Below, piece by piece: positions 49,915-59,072 of a stretch of 64,000 nucleotides of DNA. A program made the position numbers and the translations under genes. The stretch is from Thiorhodococcus minor (GTDB lineage: Bacteria > Pseudomonadota > Gammaproteobacteria > Chromatiales > Chromatiaceae): positions 19,251 through 83,250 of the forward strand of contig NZ_JAAIJQ010000003.1 in the NCBI RefSeq assembly GCF_010820565.1, in the 5' to 3' direction. The notes below the pieces were generated by a model. It had not been told where the DNA came from. It was given only the letters and a program-made list of their open reading frames with translations, and ran no database searches. Position 1 is the first letter of the stretch. Every line of letters begins with the position of its first letter.

Positions 49915-50169
49915 GGATCGAAGGCTCCCTCCGAACTGTAGCCAAGGATGTCCTCCGCTGAGCTCCGATCATGGTCAGGCAGCTCTGCACACCGCTCCCG
50001 CGCTTGCCGAATTCGAGCGATTGCGGAGACCTCACTGCGCTGGCGCTGCAGCCGACCAGCACGCTCCTGCAGGGCAGAGAGGATGATTTGCGGGATCGGC
50101 TCTCCGGTTTGACTCGCCAGCTCTCGCGCCAGCTGCTCGACTTCTTCATTGACGATCGTGAGAGCCATG
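49908..50169 (-). CDS. VapB-family antitoxin
   Basis: MALTIVNEEVEQLARELASQTGEPIPQIILSALQERAG..., located as the C-terminal segment of track ORF 49908..50963. Overlaps the vapC start by 7 nt. Confidence 0.65.
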
Positions 50170-50269
50170 CTTTCGACCTCCTCTGCAGACGCTGCCCGAA
50201 GTGTACCAAGTTGACCCTGCCTCCCCCAGGAGGCGGTATCATCGCCGCCCCAAGATCCCACGCCGAGGC

Positions 50270-51832
50270 TCAATCCATGTCGCCGAGAAGCCGACCATCC
50301 GGACCATCGACCTTGCCGTAGAGGCTGAATCGGCTGGCGTGGAAACGCTCGGCCGTCTCCTGTAGATCCCCATTGAAGCGCGGATCCTGCGGCCGCTGGT
50401 GGGCGTCGACGAAGGCGGCAACGTCCCAGGCCTCCTGATCCGTCAGGGCTCCGCCGATCCCGAAGGGCATGTTGGCCTTGATGAAGGCCGCCGCGGTGTC
50501 GATGGCGTGCATGCCGGCACCCCAGTTGTAGGACTCGGGCCCCCACAGCGGCGGAAAGACCACCTGGCCCTTGGCCCTGACCACACCCGCGCCGTCGCTG
50601 CCGTGGCAGAGCGCGCACCGGGCGGCGTAGACCTGCTCGCCGCGTTTCGGATCGAAGCCCCGTGACGTCTCTTTCAAGGGCGCATAGCCGCGGCCCGGCA
50701 GCCTGGTCTCGCCGGTCGGCGCGCCTTGGGCCAGCCAAAAGCCGTAGGCCGCGAGGGCGCGGATCGGCTCGCTGTCCGAGGGTGGAGGAGCACCGGTCGA
50801 CGAGCCCTCGGCATTGAGCGAATAGGCGAAGCAGCCCTGGAGACGGTCGGCGAAACCCTCGACCCGCTCGGTCTTGCTGCGGTAAGCCGGATAGGCGACC
50901 CAGGCGGCCCACAGGGGCGCTGCACCGGCAAGCCGCCCTGCATCCAGGTGGCAGTGGACGCAAGCGAGCCGGTTTCCGACGTATTCGGCCGAGGCGGGAT
51001 GCCGGTTGGTCTCGAGGAAGATCGCCTGGCCCTTTTTGACCAGCTCACCGAGCGGACCTGAGGGCATGGCGTCGCGGGCGGGCGGCCGAAAACCGATGGG
51101 CGCCGGCTTGGACGCCGACACCGCCGAAGCCTTCTCGGCCTTTGCGATCAGCGCCTGGTCCGGGGCCTTTGGCGCCGGCGTCGCCCGTCCCGGCGGGAGC
51201 GCCGCATAGTAGGCCGCAAGGGCTTGGATCTCGGCGTCACTGAGCTGCGCGGCCACCGTCCGCATGAGGCCGAGTGGATCATTCGCCCGCCGGCCATCCC
51301 GCCAAGCCTTGAGCTGCGCCTCCAGATAGCTCGCCTGCTGGCCGGCCAATCCCGGAAAATAGGCGCCGACCCCATTGCCGTCCGGACCATGGCAGCCCGC
51401 GCAGGCGGGCAGCCGACGCTGGGACCAATCGCCCCAGGCGATCAGCCCCGAGGCCGTTTGCGCCACCGAGCCCTCGGGCGGAGCCGCTGAGGGCGAAGGC
51501 GGAGGGAGCCCCGCGTAGTAGCCCGCCACCGTGGCGATCTCACCATCACTCAGATGCATCGCCATCGCATGCATGACGGCGCTATCGCGCCGCCCGGAAG
51601 CCAGATCGCGGAGCTGCTTGGCGAGATAGCCGGCGTCCAGTCCCGCAATGCGCGGGTAGCCGGCCCCGGCATTGCCGCCGCCGTCTGGGCCGTGACAGCT
51701 CGCACAGGGCGCCACCCCATGGCGCGTGCCCTGCTCCGCGATACGCCGACCCGCATCTTCAGGGCTGGCGGCACCCGCCTGCATCGCGAAAATCAGAGAG
51801 ACCAGAGCACCAGCCAGGAAAGCTCGTTTCAT
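50270..51832 (-). CDS. tsdBA: Tetraheme cytochrome c, fused TsdB-TsdA thiosulfate dehydrogenase/tetrathionate reductase
   Basis: Signal peptide plus four CxxCH motifs (CASCH, CAGCH, CVHCH, CALCH). The C-terminal half aligns closely with Allochromatium TsdA (GNRLACVHCH; LQGCFAYSLN with the heme-ligating Cys; YAARCALCHGSDGAG; FPPLWGPESYNWGAGM; DQEAWDVAAFVDAHQRP). The N-terminal half is a c4-like diheme unit (TsdB). Confidence 0.8.
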   Translation of the reverse strand: MKRAFLAGALVSLIFAMQAGAASPEDAGRRIAEQGTRHGVAPCASCHGPDGGGNAGAGYPRIAGLDAGYLAKQLRDLASGRRDSAVMHAMAMHLSDGEIATVAGYYAGLPPPSPSAAPPEGSVAQTASGLIAWGDWSQRRLPACAGCHGPDGNGVGAYFPGLAGQQASYLEAQLKAWRDGRRANDPLGLMRTVAAQLSDAEIQALAAYYAALPPGRATPAPKAPDQALIAKAEKASAVSASKPAPIGFRPPARDAMPSGPLGELVKKGQAIFLETNRHPASAEYVGNRLACVHCHLDAGRLAGAAPLWAAWVAYPAYRSKTERVEGFADRLQGCFAYSLNAEGSSTGAPPPSDSEPIRALAAYGFWLAQGAPTGETRLPGRGYAPLKETSRGFDPKRGEQVYAARCALCHGSDGAGVVRAKGQVVFPPLWGPESYNWGAGMHAIDTAAAFIKANMPFGIGGALTDQEAWDVAAFVDAHQRPQDPRFNGDLQETAERFHASRFSLYGKVDGPDGRLLGDMD

Positions 51833-51958
51833 TTCACCGCCCCCAAGCAGTCGACAACCAGAGCTTACCGCATCGCCATTGGAGCGCTCGGCACGCGCAG
51901 CTCAGCCCAAACCCGCGGAGAGCAGCCCTCCGATCGACGCGACCCAGCCCCGTCAAGC

Positions 51959-51974
51959 TGTCCGCATTCTCACA
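51959..51974. promoter_or_regulatory. NifA-type UAS (TGT-N10-ACA), site 1 upstream of nifB
   Basis: TGTccgcattctcACA. Site 2 TGTcgcgatcctaACA lies at 51993-52008, about 65-115 bp upstream of the -24 element. Confidence 0.55.
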
Positions 51975-52070
51975 AGGATCCTCTGGGCCGTCTGTCGCGA
52001 TCCTAACAAAGCCACCGCAGCAGACAAGAAAACCCTTTCTAGATCAGCGCGATGAAATCACAAGAAAGCC

Positions 52071-52086
52071 AGGCACAAGCTTTGCT
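52071..52086 (+). promoter_or_regulatory. Sigma-54 promoter (-24/-12) of nifB
   Basis: AGGCAC-aagct-TTGCT, against consensus TGGCAC-N5-TTGCW, about 58 nt upstream of the nifB start. Confidence 0.65.
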
Positions 52087-52143
52087 TAATCTCTCCTAGA
52101 TTTCGATTCAACCGGGCAAGCGCCCGATTTTTCCGGAGGCGGC

Positions 52144-53646
52144 GTGATGGATTTGAATGTAGTGAGCCAAAGCGGAGGCTGTGCGTCGAGCGGCTGCGGC
52201 AGCAGCGCCGATCGACTCTCTCATCTGCCGGAGGCGATCCGCGCGAAGGTCGATAATCATCCCTGCTTCTCGGAGGATGCGCACCACCACTATGCTCGCA
52301 TGCATGTGGCGGTCGCGCCCGCCTGCAATATTCAGTGCCACTACTGCAACCGCAAGTACGACTGCTCCAACGAGTCGCGCCCGGGCGTCGTCTCCGAGCT
52401 GCTGACCCCGGATCGGGCGGTCAAGAAGGTCATCGCGGTCGCGGCCAACATCCCCCAGATGACGGTGCTCGGCATCGCCGGCCCGGGCGACCCGCTCGCC
52501 AACCCCGAGCGCACGCTCGAGACCTTCCGCCAGCTCTCCGAGAAGGCGCCGGACATCCGCCTCTGCGTCTCGACCAACGGCCTGGCGCTGCCGGAGGTGG
52601 TCGACGAGATCTGCAAGCACAACATCGAGCACGTCACCATCACCATCAACTGCGTGGATCCGGACGTCGGCGCCAAGATCTATCCCTGGATCTTCTGGAA
52701 CAACCGCCGCGTCAAGGGCCGCAAGGCCGCCGAGATCCTTATCGCGCAGCAGCAGAAGGGCTTGGAGATGCTGGTCGAGCGCGGCGTCCTGGTGAAGGTC
52801 AACTCCGTGCTCATCCCGGGCGTCAACGACGAGCACCTCAAGGAAGTCAGCCGCGCGGTCAAGGCCAAGGGTGCCTTCCTGCACAACGTCATGCCCCTGA
52901 TCGCCGAGCCCGAGCACGGCACCTTCTACGGTCTCATGGGCCAGCGCGGCCCCAGCAACGAAGAGCTGCAGACCCTGCAAGACGCCTGCGCCGGCGACAT
53001 GGCCATGATGCGCCACTGCCGCCAGTGCCGCGCGGACGCGGTCGGCATGCTCGGCGAGGATCGCGGGCACGAGTTCACGCTCGACAAGATCGAGACCATG
53101 GAGATCGACTACGAGGCGGCCATGGCGCGCCGCGCCGAGATCCATGCCGAGATCGAGGCCAACCGCACGGCCCAGCGCCAGCAGACCGGCGAGGCCTTCG
53201 TGTCGCTCTCCTCACTGAAGCGCGGCCTCAAGACCAAGGCCGCCGAGCCCCGCCCCGTGCTCATGGCCGTGGCCACGACAGGCGGCGGCGTCATCAATCA
53301 GCACTTCGGCCACGCCCGCGAATTCCTGGTCTACGAGGCCTCGGTCAACGACGTGCGCTTCGTCGGCGCGCGCAAGGTCGATCTCTACTGCTCGGGCGGC
53401 GACACCTGCGGCGATGCCGAGACCACGCTGCAGAAGATCATTCGCACCCTGAAGGACTGCGAGGCGGTGCTCTGCTCCAAGATCGGCTACGAGCCCTGGA
53501 GCCAGCTCGAGGAGGCCGGCATCACCCCGAACGGCGAGCACGCAATGGAGCCCATCGAAGAGGCCATCGCCGCCGTCTACCAGGAGATGGTCGCCTCCGG
53601 CCAGCTCGAGCAGGCGGGCGCGGAGCCGCAGCGCCTCACGGCCTAG
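52144..53646 (+). CDS. nifB: FeMo-cofactor biosynthesis radical-SAM protein NifB (with C-terminal NifX-like domain)
   Basis: Radical-SAM CxxxCxxC (CNIQCHYCNRKYDC), conserved NifB core and a C-terminal NifX/NafY-like domain; 500 aa. Confidence 0.95.
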   Translation: MMDLNVVSQSGGCASSGCGSSADRLSHLPEAIRAKVDNHPCFSEDAHHHYARMHVAVAPACNIQCHYCNRKYDCSNESRPGVVSELLTPDRAVKKVIAVAANIPQMTVLGIAGPGDPLANPERTLETFRQLSEKAPDIRLCVSTNGLALPEVVDEICKHNIEHVTITINCVDPDVGAKIYPWIFWNNRRVKGRKAAEILIAQQQKGLEMLVERGVLVKVNSVLIPGVNDEHLKEVSRAVKAKGAFLHNVMPLIAEPEHGTFYGLMGQRGPSNEELQTLQDACAGDMAMMRHCRQCRADAVGMLGEDRGHEFTLDKIETMEIDYEAAMARRAEIHAEIEANRTAQRQQTGEAFVSLSSLKRGLKTKAAEPRPVLMAVATTGGGVINQHFGHAREFLVYEASVNDVRFVGARKVDLYCSGGDTCGDAETTLQKIIRTLKDCEAVLCSKIGYEPWSQLEEAGITPNGEHAMEPIEEAIAAVYQEMVASGQLEQAGAEPQRLTA

Positions 53647-53678
53647 CGCGCAATTTCGATCAGTAGGCTGGACGAGCA

Positions 53679-53741
53679 AGCGCGAAGTCCACCGAATTCC
53701 GCGCCGGCATTGGTGGACTGCGCTGCGCTTGTCCACCCTAA
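53679..53741. repeat. REP-like palindromic repeat, family 1, copy 3 (nifB-fdxN spacer)
   Basis: gcgaagtccaccgaattccgcgccggcattggtggactgcgctgcgcttgtccaccctaagg. Confidence 0.8.
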
Positions 53742-53786
53742 GGCGGGGTGCAAATTTCCGAGTTTCGGATCAAGGGGACGAATTCA

Positions 53787-54065
53787 ATGGCATTCAAGAT
53801 CGTCGAAGGCTGCGTCAACTGTTGGGCCTGCGAGCCGCTCTGCCCGAGTCAGGCCATCTTCGAGGCCAAGCCGCATTTCATGATCGACGCCAAGAAGTGC
53901 ACCGAGTGCGAAGGCGAGTACGCCGACGCGCAGTGCGCGAGCATCTGCCCCATCGAAGGGGTCATCTTGGACGGGCTCGGCGTGCCCGTGAATCCGCCCG
54001 GCTCGCTGACCGGCATCCCGCCCGAGCGCCTCGCGGCCGCCCGGGCCGAGATCCAGGCCCGCTGA
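53787..54065 (+). CDS. fdxN: nif-associated 2x[4Fe-4S] ferredoxin (FdxN/ferredoxin III-like)
   Basis: CVNCWACEPLCP and CTECEGEYADAQCASICP motifs. Internal start MAFKIVEG. Confidence 0.8.
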   Translation: MAFKIVEGCVNCWACEPLCPSQAIFEAKPHFMIDAKKCTECEGEYADAQCASICPIEGVILDGLGVPVNPPGSLTGIPPERLAAARAEIQAR

Positions 54066-54070
54066 AGAAC

Positions 54071-54206
54071 ATCGAACCGCAAAGGCGCGAAGGACACGAA
54101 GACATGCGGCTTTGTGGGCACTGCATCCGTTCAGCCGCCGTACCAGGATCCGCCTCGGCCTCACCCGCTGAAACTCTTGGCGCTCTTTGCGCCTTTGCGG
54201 TTCAAG
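54071..54206. repeat. Family-2 paired inverted-arm element, copy B (fdxN-nifO spacer)
   Basis: Left arm atcgaaccgcaaaggcgcgaaggacacg, right arm ggcgctctttgcgcctttgcggttcaag. The internal ~80 bp is unrelated to copy A. Confidence 0.55.
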
Positions 54207-54227
54207 AACATTCCGGAGCCTAGCAGC

Positions 54228-54671
54228 GTGACAACCTCGGTCGTCTTCTACGAAAAGCCCGGCTGTATCTCGAATGCCAAGCAGAAAGCGATTCTGCGCG
54301 CGCACGGGATCGAGCTGAGCGTGAAGAACCTGCTCGCGGAGCCCTGGACCGCAGAGCGTCTGCGCCCCTTCTTAGGCGCGCGACCGGTGCGTGACTGGGT
54401 CAACCCGACGGCGCCGCGCGTCAAGCAAGGCGAGGTCAGGCCGGAGGCGCTGGACGAGCCGACCGCGCTCGCCCTCATGGTCGACGACCCGCTGTTGATC
54501 CGCCGCCCCTTGATCGAGGCCGACTGCGGCCGTGGCTGCGGCTTCGAGCCAGGCCCCCTATTGACCGCGCTTGGCGTCGACCTGGACGCGAGCCAAGACC
54601 TGCAGTCCTGCTCCCAGACCGGCCCGGACCCGCACTGCGACCTGCCGACCGCGGAGGCGACGGCGCGATGA
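54228..54671 (+). CDS. nifO: ArsC/Spx-fold nitrogenase-associated protein (NifO-like)
   Basis: VVFYEKPGCISNAKQKAILRAHGIE... thioredoxin-like ArsC-family N-terminus. Synteny nifB-fdxN-nifO-nifQ as in Azotobacter. GTG start. Confidence 0.6.
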   Translation: MTTSVVFYEKPGCISNAKQKAILRAHGIELSVKNLLAEPWTAERLRPFLGARPVRDWVNPTAPRVKQGEVRPEALDEPTALALMVDDPLLIRRPLIEADCGRGCGFEPGPLLTALGVDLDASQDLQSCSQTGPDPHCDLPTAEATAR

Positions 54672-55972
54672 TGCCCCTCCAAGCAGAGCCCGCCGCTCGA
54701 GCCATCGCCAAGCCTGGCGAGTCGGTCGAGATCGCCCCAGGCGTGCACTGGATCGGCGCGCTCGATCCCACGCTGCGCACCTTCGACATCATCCTGCGCA
54801 CGGCCAACGGGACGACCTACAACTCCTACATGGTCCGGGGCACAGATGGCGTCGCCATCATCGACACCGTCAAGGCCGAGTTCGCGGACGACTTCTTCGC
54901 GCGCATCGAATCGGTCGCGCGCTACGACGAGATCCGCATCATCGTCCTCAATCACCTGGAGCCGGACCATACGGGCGCCCTGCCCGAGCTGATGCGCCGC
55001 GCGCCCCAGGCCAAGCTGTATATCTCGACGCGCGCCACCGCCATGCTCAAGGCGCTGCTCAAGCCCAAGGAGGACAAGGGACCGCTGGCGTTCGAGACCG
55101 TCGGCACGGGCGACGAGGTCTCGCTCGGCGACCGCACCCTGCGCTTCCTGCATACGCCCTTTCTGCACTGGCCGGACACCCAGTGCACCTATCTGGTGGA
55201 AGAGGGCGTGCTCTTTTCCGGCGACGTCTTCGGCTGCCACTACTGCGACACCCGGCTGCTGAACGACCGCTGCGGCGACTTCCGCTTCGCCTTCGACTAC
55301 TACTACGCGCACATCATGCGGCCCTTCAAGACGCACGTCATGGACGCGCTCAAGCTGATCGAGCCGCTCCCGCTCAAGACCATCGCACCCACGCACGGGC
55401 CCATCCTGCGCGACCGTCCGCGCCGCTACATCACCCGTTACCGCGAGCTGTCCACCGCGAGCTTCGCGGACAAGATCGGCAACGAAGAGCGCTCGCTCAT
55501 CATCTTTTACATGAGCGCCTATGGCAGTACCGCGCGCATGGCCGAGGCCATCTGCGCCGGTGCCGAGGAGCAGCCCGGGCTGCGTGTCTCGCTCTACGAC
55601 CTCGAGGGCGGCGAGACACAGCCCTTCGTCGACCTGATCGAATCGGCGGACGCACTGGCCCTTGGCTCGCCCACCATCAACGGGGACGCCGTGAAGCCGA
55701 TCTGGGATCTGCTCTCGTCGCTCGCCGTGATCGATCTCAAGGGCAAGCTCGGGGCCGCCTTCGGCTCATACGGCTGGACCGGGGAGGCCGTGCGCATGAT
55801 CGAGGACCGCATGCGCGGTCTGAAGATGCGGGTCCCGGTCGCCGGACTTCGCGTCAAGCTCATCCCGACCGATGAGGAGCTCGACGAATGCCGCGCCTTC
55901 GGACGCGACATCGCGAGCGCCATCGCCAGTGGGGAGAAGGGCAGGGTCATCGACTTTGCCGAACTGGGTTAA
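54668..55972 (+). CDS. Flavodiiron protein (metallo-beta-lactamase-like diiron domain plus flavodoxin domain)
   Basis: Diiron ligand motif HLEPDHTG, ...FLHTPFLHWPD..., and C-terminal flavodoxin fold (LIIFYMSAYGSTARMAE). Start overlaps the nifO stop (ATGA). Confidence 0.85.
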   Translation: MMPLQAEPAARAIAKPGESVEIAPGVHWIGALDPTLRTFDIILRTANGTTYNSYMVRGTDGVAIIDTVKAEFADDFFARIESVARYDEIRIIVLNHLEPDHTGALPELMRRAPQAKLYISTRATAMLKALLKPKEDKGPLAFETVGTGDEVSLGDRTLRFLHTPFLHWPDTQCTYLVEEGVLFSGDVFGCHYCDTRLLNDRCGDFRFAFDYYYAHIMRPFKTHVMDALKLIEPLPLKTIAPTHGPILRDRPRRYITRYRELSTASFADKIGNEERSLIIFYMSAYGSTARMAEAICAGAEEQPGLRVSLYDLEGGETQPFVDLIESADALALGSPTINGDAVKPIWDLLSSLAVIDLKGKLGAAFGSYGWTGEAVRMIEDRMRGLKMRVPVAGLRVKLIPTDEELDECRAFGRDIASAIASGEKGRVIDFAELG

Positions 55973-56021
55973 CGACAGATCGACCAAGCTCGAGTGCTTA
56001 ACCTCAACCTTTAGAACCTAG

Positions 56022-56318
<297 letters not shown>

Positions 56319-56334
56319 TGATTGGAGAAGCAAC

Positions 56335-56682
56335 GTGGCTCTCGTAACCTTTTCGAACCCCGAGTACAAAGACAAGACCGTCTACGCCGTGGCCGGCAGC
56401 CACACGGAGACGCTGCTCAAGCTCGCCAAAGAGCACAAGATCCCCGTGCACCACGACTGCCAGGACGGCGAGTGCGGCAACTGCCTGGTGCGCGTCACCA
56501 GCGTCGACAACAAGGCGCGCATGGGCTACCACCTGACCGAGAAGGAGCAGACCGTGCTCCGTCACCTCGGCAAGCTGACCAAGGATCAGATCGACCAGCT
56601 TGCGGTCGATGACATGCCCAGCGAGTGGCGTCTGGCCTGCCAGATGATCGTTCGCGACGAAGACATCCTCGTGGAGTACTGA
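56335..56682 (+). CDS. [2Fe-2S] ferredoxin
   Basis: CQDGECGNC...LACQ pattern; 115 aa. Confidence 0.8.
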   Translation: MALVTFSNPEYKDKTVYAVAGSHTETLLKLAKEHKIPVHHDCQDGECGNCLVRVTSVDNKARMGYHLTEKEQTVLRHLGKLTKDQIDQLAVDDMPSEWRLACQMIVRDEDILVEY

Positions 56683-56684
56683 TC

Positions 56685-57269
56685 ATGTCCACCCTGGCCC
56701 GTGACCTGACACTGGACTCCGATCGAATCTATGCCCGGTTGATGGTCCGCGCGGCCGGGGATGGCAATGATCGCGCTTTCGCGAGCATGATCGCCTCGCG
56801 CGCCGCCGGCGGCGGCGCGCTCCCCGCCTGGCTCGGACTGGAGGTCACCGACTTCCACCAGCTCATGGCACACCACTTTCCCGGCGTCTCCCCGGATGTG
56901 CTGTCGGCGATGGACGGCCAATCCCCAGTGACCGCCAACCGGCTGGACGAGCGCGAGGAGCTGCTCCAGCTGATGCTGTCCAACCGCGCCAGCCGATCGC
57001 CCTCCGAGGCCTGGATGGCGCAAGTGGTCGCGGCCGGCTGCATGGCGAGCGACCACCTCTGGCACGACCTCGGCCTCTGGAACCGCAAGGAGCTGACCGA
57101 GCTGATGCGCCGCAACTTCCCCGCGCTGGCGTACCGCAACGACAAGGACATGAAGTGGAAACGTTTCCTCTACAAGCAGCTGTGCGAGTCCGAGGGCGTC
57201 TACGTCTGCCGCGCCCCCTCCTGCGAAGTCTGCGCCGACTACCATGTCTGCTTCAGCCCCGAAGAGTAG
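56685..57269 (+). CDS. nifQ: NifQ (molybdenum donor for FeMo-co synthesis)
   Basis: C-terminal Cx4Cx2Cx5C (CRAPSCEVCADYHVC) and NifQ-like N-terminal helices. Confidence 0.85.
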   Translation: MSTLARDLTLDSDRIYARLMVRAAGDGNDRAFASMIASRAAGGGALPAWLGLEVTDFHQLMAHHFPGVSPDVLSAMDGQSPVTANRLDEREELLQLMLSNRASRSPSEAWMAQVVAAGCMASDHLWHDLGLWNRKELTELMRRNFPALAYRNDKDMKWKRFLYKQLCESEGVYVCRAPSCEVCADYHVCFSPEE

Positions 57270-58197
57270 CGAGCTGACACAGGGAATCACCAAACAAGCC
57301 GTCATCGGCCGCGCCGTTGCGGCCTATCTGGGCCTTGCGATCGGCGACGCCCTTGGCGCCACGGTCGAGTTCCTGACCCCACGCGAGATTCGCGACCAGT
57401 ACGGCGAGCACCGCGACCTCATCGGCGGCGGCTGGCTGCGTCTGCGCAAGGGCCGCGTCACCGACGATACCGAGATGAGCCTGGCGCTCGGACAGTCCAT
57501 CCTGCGCATGGGCCGCGTCGACGCCCGAGACATCGCCGAGTCCTTCAGCGACTGGATGCGCACCAAGCCGGTCGACATCGGCCACACCGTGCGCCGAGGC
57601 GTCAGCCTCTACCGCCGCACCGGCGAGACCCAGGTCCCAGAGAACCAGTACGACGCCGGCAACGGCGCCTGCATGCGCGCCCTGCCCATCGCCCTCTACA
57701 CCCTGGGCGCGGATCTGGAGCAGATCGCCGCGGCCAACCGGGTACAGTCCCACGTCACCCACCACAACACCCTCGCCGACGCCGGCACCCTCACCGTCAT
57801 CCGCATGGTGCAGATGGCCATCCTCGGCGGGACACGCGACGATCTGCGGGCGCTGACCGAGGAGCTGGTCAGCAGCCACCCGAGCTACCGCTACGATCGC
57901 AAGCCCATGGAAAACCCCGGCGGCTACATCGTCGAGACGCTGCGTGCCGTCTTTCAGGCCCTGATCGCAACCGACAGCTTCGAGGCGGCCATGATCGACG
58001 TGGTCAATCGTGGCGGGGATGCGGACACCACGGGCGCCATTCTGGGCATGATCGCGGGGCCTTTGTATGGAGCTGAGGGACTTCCGAGACGCTGGCTGCG
58101 CACGCTCGAAAAGGAGACCACCCAGGCCTGCCAGAGCCAGGCGATCGCCTTGGTGAGCGCCGCGCCTCTCACCCAGAACGAAGATCTTCGGCACTAG
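57244..58197 (+). CDS. draG: ADP-ribosyl-[dinitrogenase reductase] glycohydrolase (ADP-ribosylglycohydrolase family)
   Basis: GLAIGDALGATVEF N-terminal motif and C-terminal DADTTGAILG, both typical of DraG. Annotated start overlaps nifQ by 26 nt; a downstream alternative start is possible. Confidence 0.8.
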   Translation: MSASAPKSSELTQGITKQAVIGRAVAAYLGLAIGDALGATVEFLTPREIRDQYGEHRDLIGGGWLRLRKGRVTDDTEMSLALGQSILRMGRVDARDIAESFSDWMRTKPVDIGHTVRRGVSLYRRTGETQVPENQYDAGNGACMRALPIALYTLGADLEQIAAANRVQSHVTHHNTLADAGTLTVIRMVQMAILGGTRDDLRALTEELVSSHPSYRYDRKPMENPGGYIVETLRAVFQALIATDSFEAAMIDVVNRGGDADTTGAILGMIAGPLYGAEGLPRRWLRTLEKETTQACQSQAIALVSAAPLTQNEDLRH

Positions 58198-58429
58198 CTC
58201 GCGGGGTCACTGGCCATGTCTAGGGGCTGGCCCAGAGGCGCGAGCTTCCCCCAGACCTTGGAAATCGCCCACCCATTGTGCAGAGGCTCTAGGGAGCGGC
58301 TCGAAAACGGCGAAGTCGCCCGCAAGCGGGCTCCTACTGGGGCGAGGCGTTTGGCACCGGACGCCCCAGGCGACCACACATCAGTGCGGCCGCCCGTGAT
58401 GCACGGGGGAGTGATCGCTGGAAGGCGTC

Positions 58430-58837
58430 TTAGCCGGAGCTACGGCCCGCATTGGCGGTGACATGCGCCGCCAGGGCGCTGTCCATGGTGACCGCGTGCT
58501 GCGCGAACCAGCTAGGAAGCTGCTCCACGACATAGGACCTCGCCAAGGCGACATGCCCCTTCTGCAGGCGAGAGCCGAACCAATCCATCTCTCCGAGCAC
58601 TCGGCGATGCTCGGTGCGGTGCTCCTCGGTCGCGCTGAAGCCCGTCTCGCGCATCATCACCTCTTCCGCGGCGAAATGGGCGTGGGTGTGCTGGACCATC
58701 TCGTTGAAGAGATAGGCAAAGGCGGCACTGCTCGCCTCGGCCATGCGGTTGACGAGGTCAACGAGCTCCCGGTGGTTGCGATCCATGGCAGGCACGCCAA
58801 GGAGATAGCGCTCCTCGAAATCCTCTATCAGAGCCAT
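58430..58837 (-). CDS. Bacteriohemerythrin-like protein
   Basis: Hemerythrin His/Glu/Asp ligand spacing (H..E...H....H, HF..EE, H...H..D); 135 aa. Confidence 0.75.
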   Translation of the reverse strand: MALIEDFEERYLLGVPAMDRNHRELVDLVNRMAEASSAAFAYLFNEMVQHTHAHFAAEEVMMRETGFSATEEHRTEHRRVLGEMDWFGSRLQKGHVALARSYVVEQLPSWFAQHAVTMDSALAAHVTANAGRSSG

Positions 58838-59072
58838 GGCTCCTCCGCGGGCTTCGCGTCAGGCGCTGAACGGTCGGACTTCAGCGCATCGATCCATCGA
58901 TGGTGGTGAGCTGCCCCGGCGCGAACCGATCCGGGACTCTAAGGCGCGATGACGCGCCCTTGGCTCCAACCATAGCAAGCCCCGAAAAACGGGGAAAAGA
59001 GGAAATCGCAATTTCGGAGCCCCTGGACCGAGCCAGGGACGCGAGGCGGAAGACGCGCTGGAGCCCCGCCCC

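Noticed and set aside
52335-53666. 443-aa plus-strand ORF
   Set aside because: Off-frame ORF overlapping nifB.
58975-59000. Hairpin ccccg-aaaaa-cgggg considered as terminator for the SIR2-like or hemerythrin genes
   Set aside because: Only a 5-bp stem. The flanking A-run is on the wrong side for a minus-strand terminator and there is no U-tract for the plus strand.
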